DNA of 64,000 nt from Halodesulfurarchaeum sp. (GTDB lineage: Archaea; Halobacteriota; Halobacteria; Halobacteriales; Halobacteriaceae): NCBI GenBank assembly GCA_034520565.1, contig JAXHNL010000002.1, forward strand, positions 1,248,001 to 1,312,000, in the 5' to 3' direction. Under the pieces are notes generated by a model. It did no database searches, had not been told where the DNA came from, and saw only the letters and a list, made by a program, of their open reading frames with translations. The translations under genes were made by a program, and so were the position numbers. Of this stretch, positions 48,423 through 60,191 are shown piece by piece. The stretch's first letter is position 1. Every line of letters starts with the position of its first letter.

Positions 48423-48884
48423 GTGTTCGGCAACCCGACCAGCCGACTGGACCGACTCCAACACACGCTCGCCTTCGCGAACACGCCCGAAGGACGCAGA
48501 ATTGTCCTCTGGCGGCGGATCGCAGCGCCACCGGAGCGAGTCTGGGAACTCCTCGTCGACACCCGCCGGTGGCCCGAATGGGGGCCGAGTGTGCTCGACG
48601 TCGAAACCCAGTCCCGTCGAATCGAGACGGGATCGACCGGTCGAGTTCGAACGATCTTCGGGCTGTGGCTCCCATTCACCGTCACGAGGGTATCCGAATG
48701 GGCCTGGGCCTGGCGAATCGGCCCGGTCGAGGCAACTGGGCATCGGGTTATTCCAGGCGACTCCTCGTGTCGGGTCGGGTTCGAGGTCCCCCTGTACGCG
48801 GTTCCGTATCTCATCGTCTGTTGGTGGGCGCTTCGTCGGATCGAGTCGCTTGCAACAACGGCCGCTACTGACAACACAGATTGA
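48423..48884 (+). CDS. SRPBCC family protein
   Basis: APPERVWELLVDTRRWPEWGPSV; start uncertain. Confidence 0.75.
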   Translation: MFGNPTSRLDRLQHTLAFANTPEGRRIVLWRRIAAPPERVWELLVDTRRWPEWGPSVLDVETQSRRIETGSTGRVRTIFGLWLPFTVTRVSEWAWAWRIGPVEATGHRVIPGDSSCRVGFEVPLYAVPYLIVCWWALRRIESLATTAATDNTD

Positions 48885-48945
48885 CCGGAGCTTGTGAGGT
48901 GGGAGACGTGGAACCGAGCAGGGAGACGGCAAAACAGCGAGGTGA

Positions 48946-50700
48946 CTATGGGTGGGTGAAGTACGTGACAGTCTCGTCGTCCGTTCGGCCATCGATCCGG
49001 GCGAAGCCGATCCGCTCGAACTGGACGACCTCGTCAGCGTCGTGATCCTCGAGACCCGGCTCGGCCCGACCGGTCACGATCCCATCCATCGTGTGCATCC
49101 GAACCGGGACCGACGCCGCGGCCGACACCCAGTGGATCACGTCGACGCCGCCCTCGGTGACCACGTCGAGGTCGTCGCGGGTCGCAACTAATTTCTCGCC
49201 GGCCAGGCGAACGGCTCCGAATCCCTTGAGCCAGACGCGTTCGCCCTCGGGTGGCAGATCGTCGACCTCCAGCAGCACCTCGTCTCCGACGGGGATTTCG
49301 CGGACCCCCCGCTCCTCGTGGTCGGGATGCAGCGGCGGGTTCGCGACGTCCGGACCGCCCTCGATCGGGAGGGCGATTGCTTCCAGCGCTGCGGGGTCTG
49401 CGGTTGGATACGGCTCGATCGACTCGCGGACGAGGAAGCGCCGATCGGTCTCGTCGTCGATCAGTTCCCGATTCCGGGCGTAAACGGTGCTCATCGAGAG
49501 GTCGACGTTGCTCGTCGAGGTGCCGAGGCCGATCATCGCCGAGACCAGGGCTTCCCCCTCGATTCCCCGGCGTCGAACACTCTTGATCGTGGGGGCGCGT
49601 GGGTCGTCCCACCCGTCGAGGTCGCCCGCGTCGATCCGCTCCTTGATCGTCGAGGTGCTCATGGAGACGTCGTAGTCCTCGACCTGAACGTGCCCCCAGT
49701 GGATCACTTCCGGGTACGTCCAGTCGAAGTACTCATAGACGAAGCGCTGGCGCTTTTCCGAATCCTGGAGGTCGATCCCCCGGATGATGTGTGTTACTCC
49801 TGTCAGGTGGTCGTCGATCCCGGACTGGAAATCGAGCATCGGCCAGCAGCGGTACTCGCTCGCGGCCTCGCGGGGGTGGGGCGTGTCGATCATCCGGAAG
49901 GCGACCCAGTCCCGGAGCGCCGGGTTGGGATGCTCGATGTCGGTTTTTACCCGGAGGACCATCTCGCCCGGGTCGTACCCGCCTTTGACCATTTCCTCGA
50001 ACTCCTCGCGGACCGCCGCTGGGTCTTTCCCCCGGTGCTCGCAGGGTTCGCCAGCGTTTTTCAGCTCCGAAAAGGTCTCGCCCGCACAGGAGCAGGTGTA
50101 GGCACCGCCCCGCTCGATGAGGGCCTGGGCGTGCTCGTAGTAGGTTTCGAGGCGATCGCTCGCCCGGATCACGTCGTCCGGCTCGAATCCCAGGTACTCG
50201 ATGTCCGAGAGGATCTGACCGTAGGCCTCGAGGTCGGGGCGTTTCGTTTCCGGATCCGTGTCGTCGAAGCGGCAGAGAAACGAGCCGTCGTATCGGTCCT
50301 TGTAGGTCCCGATCACGGCCGGCATCCGGGCGTGCCCGAGGTGCCAGGGTCCGTTCGGGTTCGGGGCGACTCGCATTCGGACCTCGCCGGGTTCGGCGTT
50401 TGGCAGATCCGGGAGTGCATGCTCGTCTTCGTCGTCTTCGGTCTCGAGTTCCTCGATGGCCTCGGGGTCGAGTTCGGCGAGGCGGTCCCGCTGTGTGTCT
50501 CGATCGAGTTCGTTCACCCTGGCGACGACCGGGCCGCCGATTTGCGGGATTTCGTCCCCGTGTTCGCGGAAGACGGGGTTCTCTCCCATGAGTGGCCCCA
50601 TTATCGCCCCGATCTGGGCGTCGCTCTCGTGTTTGAGCGCGTTGTGGAGGGCGTGTTTTTCGATTTCCCGTTCGATCCGCTCCCGAAGCTCGTCGTCCAT
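48946..50700 (-). CDS. gltX: Glutamate--tRNA ligase
   Basis: MRVAPNPNGPWHLGH, RFDDTDP, GWDDPR, QFERIGF. Confidence 0.97.
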   Translation of the reverse strand: MDDELRERIEREIEKHALHNALKHESDAQIGAIMGPLMGENPVFREHGDEIPQIGGPVVARVNELDRDTQRDRLAELDPEAIEELETEDDEDEHALPDLPNAEPGEVRMRVAPNPNGPWHLGHARMPAVIGTYKDRYDGSFLCRFDDTDPETKRPDLEAYGQILSDIEYLGFEPDDVIRASDRLETYYEHAQALIERGGAYTCSCAGETFSELKNAGEPCEHRGKDPAAVREEFEEMVKGGYDPGEMVLRVKTDIEHPNPALRDWVAFRMIDTPHPREAASEYRCWPMLDFQSGIDDHLTGVTHIIRGIDLQDSEKRQRFVYEYFDWTYPEVIHWGHVQVEDYDVSMSTSTIKERIDAGDLDGWDDPRAPTIKSVRRRGIEGEALVSAMIGLGTSTSNVDLSMSTVYARNRELIDDETDRRFLVRESIEPYPTADPAALEAIALPIEGGPDVANPPLHPDHEERGVREIPVGDEVLLEVDDLPPEGERVWLKGFGAVRLAGEKLVATRDDLDVVTEGGVDVIHWVSAAASVPVRMHTMDGIVTGRAEPGLEDHDADEVVQFERIGFARIDGRTDDETVTYFTHP

Positions 50701-50773
50701 TATGGGATGGGACTCGGCGGGCAAGCAAAGTGGTTGGGATTTTCCCCGTCGTCTCGATCACCGAGGGACATCC

Positions 50774-51827
50774 TCAGTAGGACCGTTCGATGAGGTAGGT
50801 TCCGATCTGTTTCAGTCGCTCTCGGGCCTCGTTTTCGGGGAGTGTGTCGAGTTCCTCGGCGCCCTCTGCGATGAGGTCGGCGGCGAGATCCTCGGCGTAG
50901 GCGATCGACCCGGCCTCCTCCAACGTTTGGACGGCCGCGTCGATTTCGGCGTCCGTCACGGCATCCGGGTTTGATCCCTCTATCAGGGTGTCAACGTCGA
51001 CTCCCTGTTCTTTCGCGTGTTGTGTGATGACCGTCCGTTTGCCCTCGATCAGGTCGCTTCCACGGGTTTTCCCGAGTGTCTCGCTCGATGTCGTCAGATC
51101 GAGGACGTCGTCGTAGATCTGGAAGGCCTGCCCGATCGAGCGTCCGTACGCTGAAAGGGCGTCGACGATTTCCTCCTCGGCGCCCAGCAAGACCGCTGGA
51201 ATCGAGGCGGAGGCGGCATAGAGGACGGCGGTTTTCCGGTCGACCATGTCGAGGTATTCCTCCGTGCTGACGGCGTCCCGGGTCTCGAAGTCCACGTCCA
51301 GGGACTGGCCCTCGCAAATACGGGTGCAGGTCGAGGCCAGCCGGTCGATCGCCTCGAGCCCTCGGTCCGACGGCGCCTCGCTCTGAAGCATGATCTCGAA
51401 GGCCTTCGAATAGAGCGTGTCGCCGGCGAGAATGGCCGTATCCGAGTCGAAGGCGACGTGGACGGCCGGTGCCCCACGGCGCATCCCGTCGTCGTCCATG
51501 ATGTCGTCGTGAATCAGCGTGAAGGACTGGATGACCTCGACGCTCACCGCCGCGGCCAGAAGGTCTATCGGCTCCTCCGTCGGGCACCGTCGTCGGGAAC
51601 TCCCGGTAGCATTCGGTTCCCGGGACGGTATCCGTGACTGCTTCCCCGGCGACCAGCAGAATCGTCGGGCGAAGGCGCTTCCCGCCGGCTTCGAGCAGAT
51701 GGCGGGACGCCTGGTAGAGTCGCTCCGGGTCCGCGATCGGGAGGTAGGTGTCGATGTGGTCGTTGACGATCTCCCGCCGGCTCGCAATGGCCTCCTCGAC
51801 GGTCGCAGCACGCACCTCGGGTTTCAT
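50774..51827 (-). CDS. idsA: Geranylgeranyl/geranylfarnesyl diphosphate synthase; frameshift near 51580
   Basis: GGKRLRP in one frame; LIHDDIMDDD and FQIYDDVLD in the next. Confidence 0.88.
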
Positions 51828-51828
51828 G

Positions 51829-53177
51829 TCACTCGACGAGTTGGATCCTGTTGCCGTTGCGGGTGATGTGGAGGTCACGCCCGACGCGGTAGCCCTCCGA
51901 TTCGGCCAGACTCACGTAGGGTGCGTACCCCTCCATGTCCTGGTGGGCCGGAATGACGTGCTGTGGGTGGAGCGCTTGCAGCATCTGGTAGTGACCCTCC
52001 TGATTGAGGTGACCGGAGACGTGAATCTCGTCGTAGATGCGAGCGCCTTGCATGCTCAGAAGCTTCTCTGCCTGGTAGCGCTGGCCCTCGTTGGTCGGCT
52101 CGGGGATGACCCGCGCCGAGAAGATGACCTTGTCGCCGTCTTCGAGTTCGTAGGGCGTCTCGCCGCGGCCCATCCGGGTGAGCATCGCGCGCGGCTCGCC
52201 CTGGTGGCCGGTGACGACGGGCAGGAAGCGGTCCTTGCCCTCGTTCATGATGCGTTTGAAGGCGCGGTCGACGCTCTTCCGGTGGCCGTACATCCCGAGG
52301 TCGTCGGGGAAGTCGACGAAGCCGAGCCGCTCGGCCGCCCCGGAGTACTGCTCCATCGAGCGCCCGAGGAGGACCGGCTGTCGGCCGATCTCCTTGGCGA
52401 ACTCGACGAGGCTGCTGACACGGGAGATGTGACTGGAGAACGTCGTGGCGACGATGCCGCCGTCGTAGTCCTCCATGGCTGTCGAGCGACGTCCTTGAGG
52501 TGGCGTCGGGCGACGGACTCGCTCGGTGTGCGCCCTTTCTTCTGCGCGTTCGTGCAGTCCTCGATGTAACAGAGGACGCCCTCGCCCTCGCGACCGATCT
52601 CGCGGAACCGCTTCATGTCGATCGGATCCTCGAGGACCGGATCGTGGTCGAGACGCTTGTCGAGTCCGTAGACGATCGCCCCCTCCGGGGTGTGCAGGAC
52701 GGGGTTGATCGCGTCGATGATCGAGTGGGTGACGTGGACGAACTCGAGTTCGAGCCCGTTGCCGATCTCCATCGACTCGCCGCCCTCCATTTTGACGAGG
52801 TCGTTGTCGACGCCGAACTTCTCCTCGCCCTCGATCTGTCCCTTTACCAGTTCGATGGTGTACGGAGACGCCACCACCGGTGCGTTGTATCGGTGGGCCA
52901 GCTTTGAGATGGCGCCGATGTGGTCGAGGTGGCCGTGCGTCGGCACGATGGCCTTCACGTCGCCCTCGAGGTCGGACATCACGCGGTCGTCCGGAATGGC
53001 CCCCATGTCGATGAGGTCCAGACTGTGCATCCGTTCGGTCTCGACGTTGTCGTGGATGAGGACCTTCGACAGGTTCAGGCCCATGTCGAAGATGACCACG
53101 TCGTCGCCGGCCCGCACGGCCGTCATCTGCCGGCCGACTTCCTCGTAACCGCCGATTGTCGCAAGTTCGATTTCCAT
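51829..53177 (-). CDS. rnj: Ribonuclease J; frameshift near 52480
   Basis: [32 protein letters not shown]. Confidence 0.9.
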
Positions 53178-53389
53178 TGTTGATCACTGAAAGCCCTATC
53201 GGGCCCGCTCAGTACTGAAACACGGGTCTGTCCGCCGCCACGACCCCGGCGTCTTGCAGCCGTCGACCCTGGCGGTTTTGATCGACTGTGGTATGTGACC
53301 TATGTCACCCTTCTCCTATAAACCACCTGATTGTGCCGTCGACCCGTCGTTTGGCTGTTTGGTCGGTCGGTCACCGTTTTGACCGGCGT

Positions 53390-54190
53390 TCACCGCTCGG
53401 ACCGACCGTCGATCCGCGTTCCCGGTTCCCCGCCGGCCAGAAACCCAGCTAATCCCGCCAGGTCGAATATTCGGGATGATGCGTCCAATTCGAGGAGTGC
53501 ACGCACTTTCCCAGCCATTCCTCCAGTCACGTCGGTCGAGTCGCTCCCCCCGAGGACGTCGCTGACGACCTCGAAGTCGCCGATCTGGGGAATCACTTCG
53601 TCATTATCGTCGAGGACACCCGGCACGGTCGTACAGAGTCCAACTGCCTCGGCATCGAGGGATTCCGCGATCGAAACGACCAGTTCGTCACCGCTCACGA
53701 TGGTCGCCCCCGCCCCCTCGGTGGTGAGCACATCACCGTGAAGGACGGGAACGAACCCTTCCGCGAGCATCGCCGCGATTTGATTCGTCGTGAGGTGAAC
53801 TGCGCCCGATTTGTCCCGGTAGCCGGCCGAAAACGGTCGGACTGGGACTGCTTTCACCCCGTTTTCTTCCAGGGCATCGAGTACCGAACCGTGTAACCGG
53901 CCCATAGCCTCGTGGATTTCGCGGATCGCACGGGTGTCCGTCGTTCCGGCGTCAATAGCCGCCCCTGCGGCCTCGGCTGCTGGATGGCCGAAGGATCCAC
54001 CGCCATGGACGATCACGAGTTCCTCGACGTCGGCAGCGCCAATCGATGCGGCCGCGGCGGCCAAGGCCTCGGTAGTAACGGTTTCATTTCCGTCCTTGTC
54101 GGTGATGACGCTCCCGCCGAGCTTGATAACGACTGGAGACACAGCTGGGGGTTCTGCAGTATCGGTGCTCGAATCAGTGCCGGAAGTCAT
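53390..54190 (-). CDS. ipk: Isopentenyl phosphate kinase
   Basis: KLGGSVITDK, HGGGSFGH, DVTGGMAGK. Confidence 0.93.
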   Translation of the reverse strand: MTSGTDSSTDTAEPPAVSPVVIKLGGSVITDKDGNETVTTEALAAAAASIGAADVEELVIVHGGGSFGHPAAEAAGAAIDAGTTDTRAIREIHEAMGRLHGSVLDALEENGVKAVPVRPFSAGYRDKSGAVHLTTNQIAAMLAEGFVPVLHGDVLTTEGAGATIVSGDELVVSIAESLDAEAVGLCTTVPGVLDDNDEVIPQIGDFEVVSDVLGGSDSTDVTGGMAGKVRALLELDASSRIFDLAGLAGFLAGGEPGTRIDGRSER

Positions 54191-55173
54191 GGTTCACGTC
54201 GAACCCCGTCGGTGTCCAACCCTGCCCTGAATGCCGATTCGCAGGCCTGGGAGTACTCGAGTGCCGTTTTCGTCGCGTCAGTTTCGTCGAGCGCGACGAT
54301 GCAGCCACCGCCTCCGGCCCCGGTGAGTTTCGCGCCGGTGGCGCCTGCTTCCCGAGCGGCCCAAACCATCGCGTCGAGCGATCGGGAGGAGACTCCCAAC
54401 GCGTTGAGCAGACCGTGATTGAAGTTCATGAGCCGCCCGAGTTCACGCATGTCCCCTTCGGTGAGTCTGTCGAGGCCCTGCTCGACCACGTCGCCGATCG
54501 ACTCGACCGTATTCGCCGCGAACGGGTACTCATCCCGCAGGGAGCGTACGCTCGAGACGAGCGCTCCGGTATCTCCCGCTCCGCCGTCATAGCCGATCAC
54601 GAAGGGGAGTTCGGGAGCCTCGAGCTGTTCGCGGTCGTCGCCTTCGACCAGTACAGCCCCACCCATTGCCGAGCAAAAGGTGTCCGCACGGGAGGCCTGA
54701 CCGTCCTGAACTTCGTGTTCGACCCGGTATGCCCGATCGGCGATCTCCGCTCTGTCGAGTGGTTTTCCGAGGGCCCGCGTCGCAGCGTCGATCGTGGCGA
54801 CGACGACTGCGGCGGAGGAGCCCAACCCTGCACCGAGGGGAATCTCACTCTCGATCTGGACCTCGAAGCCGGCGTCAGGTGTGTCTGCTGCGTCCCGGGC
54901 CTGTTCGATGGCACCGTCAACGTAGCCCATCGCGGCCCGGACGAGATCCTCCGTCACGTCCACCTCTGGAGTGCCCTCCGTCGACCCGTCGTACTCGACG
55001 GTAAAGCCGTCGAGGCTCAGGTCCCGGGCGCTCACCCGGAGTCGGCCGTCCGCACGCTCATCGACGGTAACCGTCGCCCGGCGCTCGATGGCACAGGGTA
55101 CTGCGGGTTCGCCGTAGACGACTGCATGCTCCCCGAAGAGATAGACCTTCCCGGGGGCGCTGGAGGTTGCCAT
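54187..55173 (-). CDS. mvk: Mevalonate kinase
   Basis: APGKVYLFGEHAVVYG, PLGAGLGSSAA, KLTGAGGGGC. Confidence 0.96.
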   Translation of the reverse strand: MATSSAPGKVYLFGEHAVVYGEPAVPCAIERRATVTVDERADGRLRVSARDLSLDGFTVEYDGSTEGTPEVDVTEDLVRAAMGYVDGAIEQARDAADTPDAGFEVQIESEIPLGAGLGSSAAVVVATIDAATRALGKPLDRAEIADRAYRVEHEVQDGQASRADTFCSAMGGAVLVEGDDREQLEAPELPFVIGYDGGAGDTGALVSSVRSLRDEYPFAANTVESIGDVVEQGLDRLTEGDMRELGRLMNFNHGLLNALGVSSRSLDAMVWAAREAGATGAKLTGAGGGGCIVALDETDATKTALEYSQACESAFRAGLDTDGVRREP

Positions 55174-55234
55174 ACCGTTTCCTCGGCCCGCAGGCTAAAA
55201 AACGCTTGAGTCCGTCCAAAAGTGTCTTCGCCGC

Positions 55235-55992
55235 TTAGATTTCGCTCTCTTCGAAGTCCGCGAGCGAATAGGCGGGTTCGGCGCCGCGACGGTCGAGAAC
55301 CTCGTTGCCGAGCAACCAGTAGACGACCGAGAGCGCACGTCGACCCTTGTTGTTCGTCGGAATGACGAGGTCGACGTTGCTGGTCGCGTTGTTCGAGTCA
55401 CACATCGCGATGACCGGGATGCCCACGGTAATCGCCTCCTTGACCGCCTGGGCGTCACCGATGGGGTCGGTGACGACCACGTACGTCCGGCTCGATGTAG
55501 CCGTCGTACTGCGGGTTCGTCAGCGTCCCCGGGATGAACCGGCCGGTCCGGGCGCGCGCGCCGACGGCCTCGGCGAACTTCTCGGCCGGGAACCGGCCGT
55601 ACTGCCGCGAGGAGGTCACGAGGACCTGCTCGGGGTCGTAGTTGTCGAGGAAGTCCGCGGCGGTCCGGATGCGCTCGTCGGTCTTGCTCACGTCGAGGAC
55701 GTACAGCCCGTCCGTCCGGACGCGATGGATGAACCGCTCCATGTCCTTGGTCTTCTGCTGGGTCCCGATGTGGACCCCCGCGCCGAGGTACTCCTCGACG
55801 GGGATCAGCAGGTCCGGATCCGACGCCGCCATGACGTCCTCGTCGAGCGCGGCTCCTCGGCTGCCTCTGCCTCGGCTCGGCGTCGGCCGCGTCGGTCGTC
55901 GGTCGGCCTCGCGGTCGGCGGCGTCGCGTCGGCCTCGTCGGCGTCGTGCTTCGTCGTCGACGTCCTCGGTCTCGGTGTCGTTCGTCGCTCAT
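55235..55992 (-). CDS. rps2: 30S ribosomal protein S2 (frameshifted in this assembly)
   Basis: [21 protein letters not shown] and [11 protein letters not shown] across frames. Confidence 0.9.
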
Positions 55993-57207
55993 GTGCGTCG
56001 TCGCTCGATTCGGATGAGTTCGTTCAGTTTGGCGGTTCGCTCGCCGCCGACGGTGCCCGTCTTGATGAACGGGGCGTCGGTCGCCACGGCGAGGTGTGCG
56101 ATGGTAGTGTCCTCGGTCTCGCCCGCTCCGGTGGGAGACGACCGGAGTCGTAGCCGCGCTCGCGGGCGCAGTTCGATGGCGTCGACCGTGTCGCTGAGGG
56201 TGCCGATCTGGTTCGGCTTGATCAGGACGCTGTTTGCCGCGCCGTGTTCGATCCCGTCGGCGATCCGGTCGGTGTTGGTCACGAACAGGTCGTCCCCGCA
56301 GATCAGCGTGCGAGAACCGACCCGCTCGGTCAGCCGGGCGAAGCCGTCGAAGTCGTTCTCGTCCAGCGGATCTTCGACGTAGACCAGGTCGTATGTATCG
56401 ACCATCTCGGCGATATACTCGATCTGCTCGTCGGTGGACGTCCGCTCGCGTCGCCGTAGCGGTAGACGTCGGCGTCGTCGTCGTAGAGTTCGGCGGCCGC
56501 CACGTCGAGGCCGAAGCCGATCTCGAAGCCGACGTCGTCGGCGACGTCGCTCGACGGCCTCGGCGACGACCTCGAACGCCTCGGCGTCGTCGATCGGCGG
56601 GCGCCCAGGCGCCCTCGTCGCCCTTCGCCGGCGGCGATGCCGCGCTCGGCGAGGAGCTCGCCGACCGCCGCGTGGACCGCGGCGTTCGCGAACACCGCCT
56701 CGCGCGACGCTCGGCGCGCCGACGGGCGCGGCGAGGAACTCCTGGATTGCGGTCGCGTCGGCGGCGTGTTCGCCGCCGCCGATGACGTTCCCGAGCGGAA
56801 TCGGGAAGGACCGTCGCCGCGGAACGCGCCGCCGAGGTGCTGGTACAGCGGTGCACCGAGCACGTCGGCGGCGGCCTTCGCGGCGGCCATGCTGATGGCG
56901 ACGGCGCTGTTCGCGCCGATCTCCGAGAAGTCGTCCGTGCCGTCGGCGGCGTGGAGCACCTGGTCGACCTCGCGCTGGTCGCCCGCGTAGGCGTTCCCCT
57001 CGAGTCGTGGGATCGCGTGTTCACGGGCTGCAGCGATAGCTTCCTCGACGGGCCGTTCGATGGCCTCGTGCTCGCCGGTGGAGGCCCCGCTCGGCGCGGC
57101 CGCACGCCCGAAGCCGCCCGACTCGGTGAGGACGTCGGCCTCGACCGGTCGCGTTGCCGCGGGAGTCGAGGATCGGCCGCGAGCCGGACCGTCTCGATCA
57201 GCGTCAT
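55989..57207 (-). CDS. eno: Enolase (multiple frameshifts)
   Basis: [36 protein letters not shown] and ERTAKLNEL across frames. Confidence 0.88.
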
Positions 57208-57386
57208 GTCCGTCGCCTCGTCGGACCGTGAACGGCAGGACCGGCGTCGTACTCCTCGGCCGCGATGAGGATCGGCTCGGTCTGATCGGTGTCGATCAGC
57301 ACCGGCGCGCCGTACGACACCTGCAGCGCTCGCGCACCGAGGATTCGGGCCTTTTCGTACCGGTTGTAGTGTTCTTGACTGGACAT
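57204..57386 (-). CDS. rpoK: RNA polymerase subunit K (Rpo6)
   Basis: [20 protein letters not shown]. Confidence 0.92.
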   Translation of the reverse strand: MSSQEHYNRYEKARILGARALQVSYGAPVLIDTDQTEPILIAAEEYDAGPAVHGPTRRRT

Positions 57387-57387
57387 G

Positions 57388-57588
57388 TTACTGGTAGGGG
57401 GAGACGACGTCGACGAGGTCCTGGTGGGAGACGAGCATCCGGCGACAGCAGTGTCGTTCGACGCCGAGGTCGTCGAGCACCGCCTCGGGGTCCTCGTCGC
57501 CGTCCAACGTGGCCGCGCGGGCCTGGTATTCCTCCCAGTATTCGCCGACGACGTTGCCGCACGTGAAACAGCGGACTGGGACCATCAT
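57388..57588 (-). CDS. rpoN: RNA polymerase subunit N (Rpo10)
   Basis: [11 protein letters not shown]...CCRRML. Confidence 0.97.
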   Translation of the reverse strand: MMVPVRCFTCGNVVGEYWEEYQARAATLDGDEDPEAVLDDLGVERHCCRRMLVSHQDLVDVVSPYQ

Positions 57589-57595
57589 GACTGAA

Positions 57596-57994
57596 TCACC
57601 TGTAGGACTTCTGGTAGCGCGCCCGTGCTCCCGGGCCGCCCCACTTCTTGGGTTCGGGCTGCCGGACGTCGTTGACCAGCAGCGTGCGGTCGAACTCCAT
57701 GAACGCGTCCCGGAGTTCGGCGTCGCCATAGAACTGGACCAGGCCGCGGGAGATGGCCGTCCGGACGGCGTCTGCCTGTCCGGCGAAGCCGCCGCCCTCG
57801 ACGGTCACGTCGATGTCGACGTCCTCCCGGAGCTCGTCGTCGGCGATCCGGAACGGCTCGAGCATTTTCAGCCGGGCCATCTCGGGCTCGACGAGTTCGA
57901 TCGGCGTCGAGTTGATTCGCACGCGACCCTCGCCCTCGCGCACGGTCGCGCGAGCGATGGCCGTCTTCTTCTTGCCGCTCGTGTTCGTTACCAT
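57596..57994 (-). CDS. rps9: 30S ribosomal protein S9
   Basis: [10 protein letters not shown]...[17 protein letters not shown]. Confidence 0.97.
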   Translation of the reverse strand: MVTNTSGKKKTAIARATVREGEGRVRINSTPIELVEPEMARLKMLEPFRIADDELREDVDIDVTVEGGGFAGQADAVRTAISRGLVQFYGDAELRDAFMEFDRTLLVNDVRQPEPKKWGGPGARARYQKSYR

Positions 57995-58431
57995 GTGACG
58001 TTCGCTCCGAGTTGTTCGCTGACCTCGCCCAGGTGGACGAAGCGGATGTTCGAGAGTCGGTCCAGCGAGGTGCCCTCGAGCGACCTCGCGCGTCCTCGTC
58101 GTAGCGGGTTGCCGACGTAGACGCGGACGCGCTCGAGCGCCTCGCGGCCGCGCGGCTTCTTGTACGGGAGCATCCCGCGGATGGCGCGCTTGAAGATGCC
58201 GTCCGGCCGCTTCGGGTAGTGCGGGCCCGCGGTCGGAGCCGAGCTCCGCGCGCGTCCTGGTACGTCTCGAGGACGTCCTCGCTCGCGCCGGTGATGACGG
58301 CGTCCTCCGCGTTGACGACGGCGATGCGCTCGCCGTCGAGGGCGCGCTCGGCGACGTGGCTCGCGACGCGACCCAGGATGCAGTCCCGGGCGTCGACGAC
58401 GAGGTCGGCGTCGAACTCGGCGAGCGCTCAT
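57988..58431 (-). CDS. rpl13: 50S ribosomal protein L13 (frameshifted)
   Basis: [20 protein letters not shown]. Confidence 0.9.
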   Translation of the reverse strand: MSARRVRRRPRRRRPGLHPGSRREPRRRARPRRRAHRRRQRGGRRHHRRERGRPRDVPGRARSSAPTAGPHYPKRPDGIFKRAIRGMLPYKKPRGREALERVRVYVGNPLRRGRARSLEGTSLDRLSNIRFVHLGEVSEQLGANVTW

Positions 58432-58785
58432 CGGATCACCCGGACGTTCGGCGCCGTCGGGATTCGTTCGAGTGCCTGTTCGAGTGTCGACGGCCTCGCC
58501 GTCGGCCTGCTCGATCTTCGTCTCGCGCGGTGCGCGGAGAAGTCGACGGCGGCGACGGTGACGTCCTTCCGCAGCGACGCCGCAGCCGAGCACCTTGCCC
58601 GGAACGACGACCGTCTCGTCCTCGCGTGCGTACCGTTCGATGCGGCTCAGGTTGACCTCGGCGTGGGTCCGGCGCGGCTTCTCGAGCCGACCGGCGACGT
58701 CATGCCAGACGTCCGCGCCCTGGTCGCGGGCGGCGGACTTCAGTTCGGCGATGAGACCGCTGAGTCTCGGACTTGTCTTGCTCAT
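58428..58785 (-). CDS. rpl18e: 50S ribosomal protein L18e (frameshifted)
   Basis: [11 protein letters not shown]...VVVPGKVLG. Confidence 0.9.
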
Positions 58786-58810
58786 TACGGTGCTGGAAAA
58801 GTGTGGGGAG

Positions 58811-58895
58811 TGCAGGGAGCAGGATTTGAACCTGCGAACCCCTACGGGACAGCGCCCTGAACGCTGCGCCTTTGGCCTGACTTGGCTATCCCTGC
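58811..58895 (-). tRNA. tRNA-Leu(CAG)
   Basis: GCAGGGA acceptor stem, CAGCG-TTCAGGG-CGCTG anticodon arm, GGTTCAAATCC. Confidence 0.95.
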
Positions 58896-59034
58896 ACGCA
58901 GTCCGTCACGTACGGTTCGCGCCTCGCCCCTGCTCAGACCCCGTTTCGGTCGATTCCGGTCGCCGGCGCCGCTGCCGTGGGGCGGGCGCGCGACGCCGGC
59001 GGTGCGAGGTGGTCGGGTGTCGAGTCGTCGTGCG

Positions 59035-59795
59035 TTACAGTTGGCACTGCGCTGCTTCGAGTTCGTCCGCGCGGTCGTACAGCGACGTCGACGCGCCGCG
59101 CGAGCACCAGTTCGTCGACGCGGCATCGAGCCGTCGGTCTCGACGTGGAAGACGAACGCGTCTCGGGACGTCGTCGACCGTCGACCTCCTTGTCCGGGTA
59201 CCGGTTCGTGAGGTCGTTGTCGAACGTCTCGGTCGGCGATCGAGCTCGCCGTCGTCCTCGATGACGCCGCGGACGATCTCGGGCTCGTCGTCCTCGTACT
59301 CGTCGCGCGTCGCCGACGACCTCGACGCGCTGGAGGTGTCGGTAGCCGACGGCGACGCCGCCCTGGTGTTTGGCGTGGTCGCGGCCGGTCCCGAGGACGG
59401 CGTCGGCCTCGAGTTCGAGGCGCTGGTCCTCCTTGAGGTCGATGATCGGGACGTTGTCGTCGGCGGGTTCGACCAGCTCGTCGCTGGAGACGAGGTCGCC
59501 GGAGTAGGCCGTGCCGGGCCCCTCGACGTCGAGCGCGAGCGTGACCGCGTCGCCCTCGTCGAACTCGCCCTCGGGCGTAGTGAGCGGGACGAGCCCGAGA
59601 CGGAGCGCGATCTGCTCGTCGAACATCACGCTCGAGTTCTCGACGAACCGAACCGTGTCGATCGAAAGCGTGGGCACGTCGGCGAGCATGGCCCGACGGA
59701 TGCCGTTCGCGAACGCCGGCGTGATGCCCCGGACGAGGAACGCGGGCTTCGCGGTCGCCGCGTTCGATGAACTCGACGTCGAAGTCCGTGCTCAT
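59035..59795 (-). CDS. rpoD: RNA polymerase subunit D (Rpo3; frameshifted)
   Basis: [11 protein letters not shown]...[27 protein letters not shown]. Confidence 0.9.
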
Positions 59796-59797
59796 GG

Positions 59798-60190
59798 TCA
59801 GTACCCGCTGTTCTTCGGTGGCCGCGGTGCCGTCGTGCGGGATCGGCGTGACGTCCTCGATGCGGCCGATCTCGAGGCCGGCGCGCGCCAGCGCCCGGAT
59901 GGTCGGCCTGCGCGCCCGGGGCCGGGGTTCTGCTGTTGGTTGCCGCCTGGTCCGCGAACGCGGACGTGGACGCCTTCGATGCCTTGCTCCATCACGTTCT
60001 CGGCGATTTTCTCGGCCATCTGCATGGCCGCGTACGGCGAGGCCTCGTCCCGGTTCTGTTTCGACGACCGCGCCACCGCTCGACTTGGCCAGGGTTTCGG
60101 CCCCGGTCTGGTCGGTGATGGTCATGATCGTGTTGTTGAACGACGCGTGGACGTGGGCGATGCCCCAGCTGGTCGTCGTCTGCCACTCAT
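59798..60190 (-). CDS. rps11: 30S ribosomal protein S11 (frameshifted)
   Basis: [34 protein letters not shown]. Confidence 0.9.
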
Positions 60191-60191
60191 G

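Noticed and set aside
55195-57207. 670-aa Arg-rich ORF or programmed frameshifting in eno and ribosomal genes
   Set aside because: Off-frame readthrough caused by dense indels; no consistent slippery sites, so sequence error is the simpler explanation
57988-58785. L18e-L13 fusion protein (265 aa)
   Set aside because: An artefact of frameshifts joining two separate ribosomal genes
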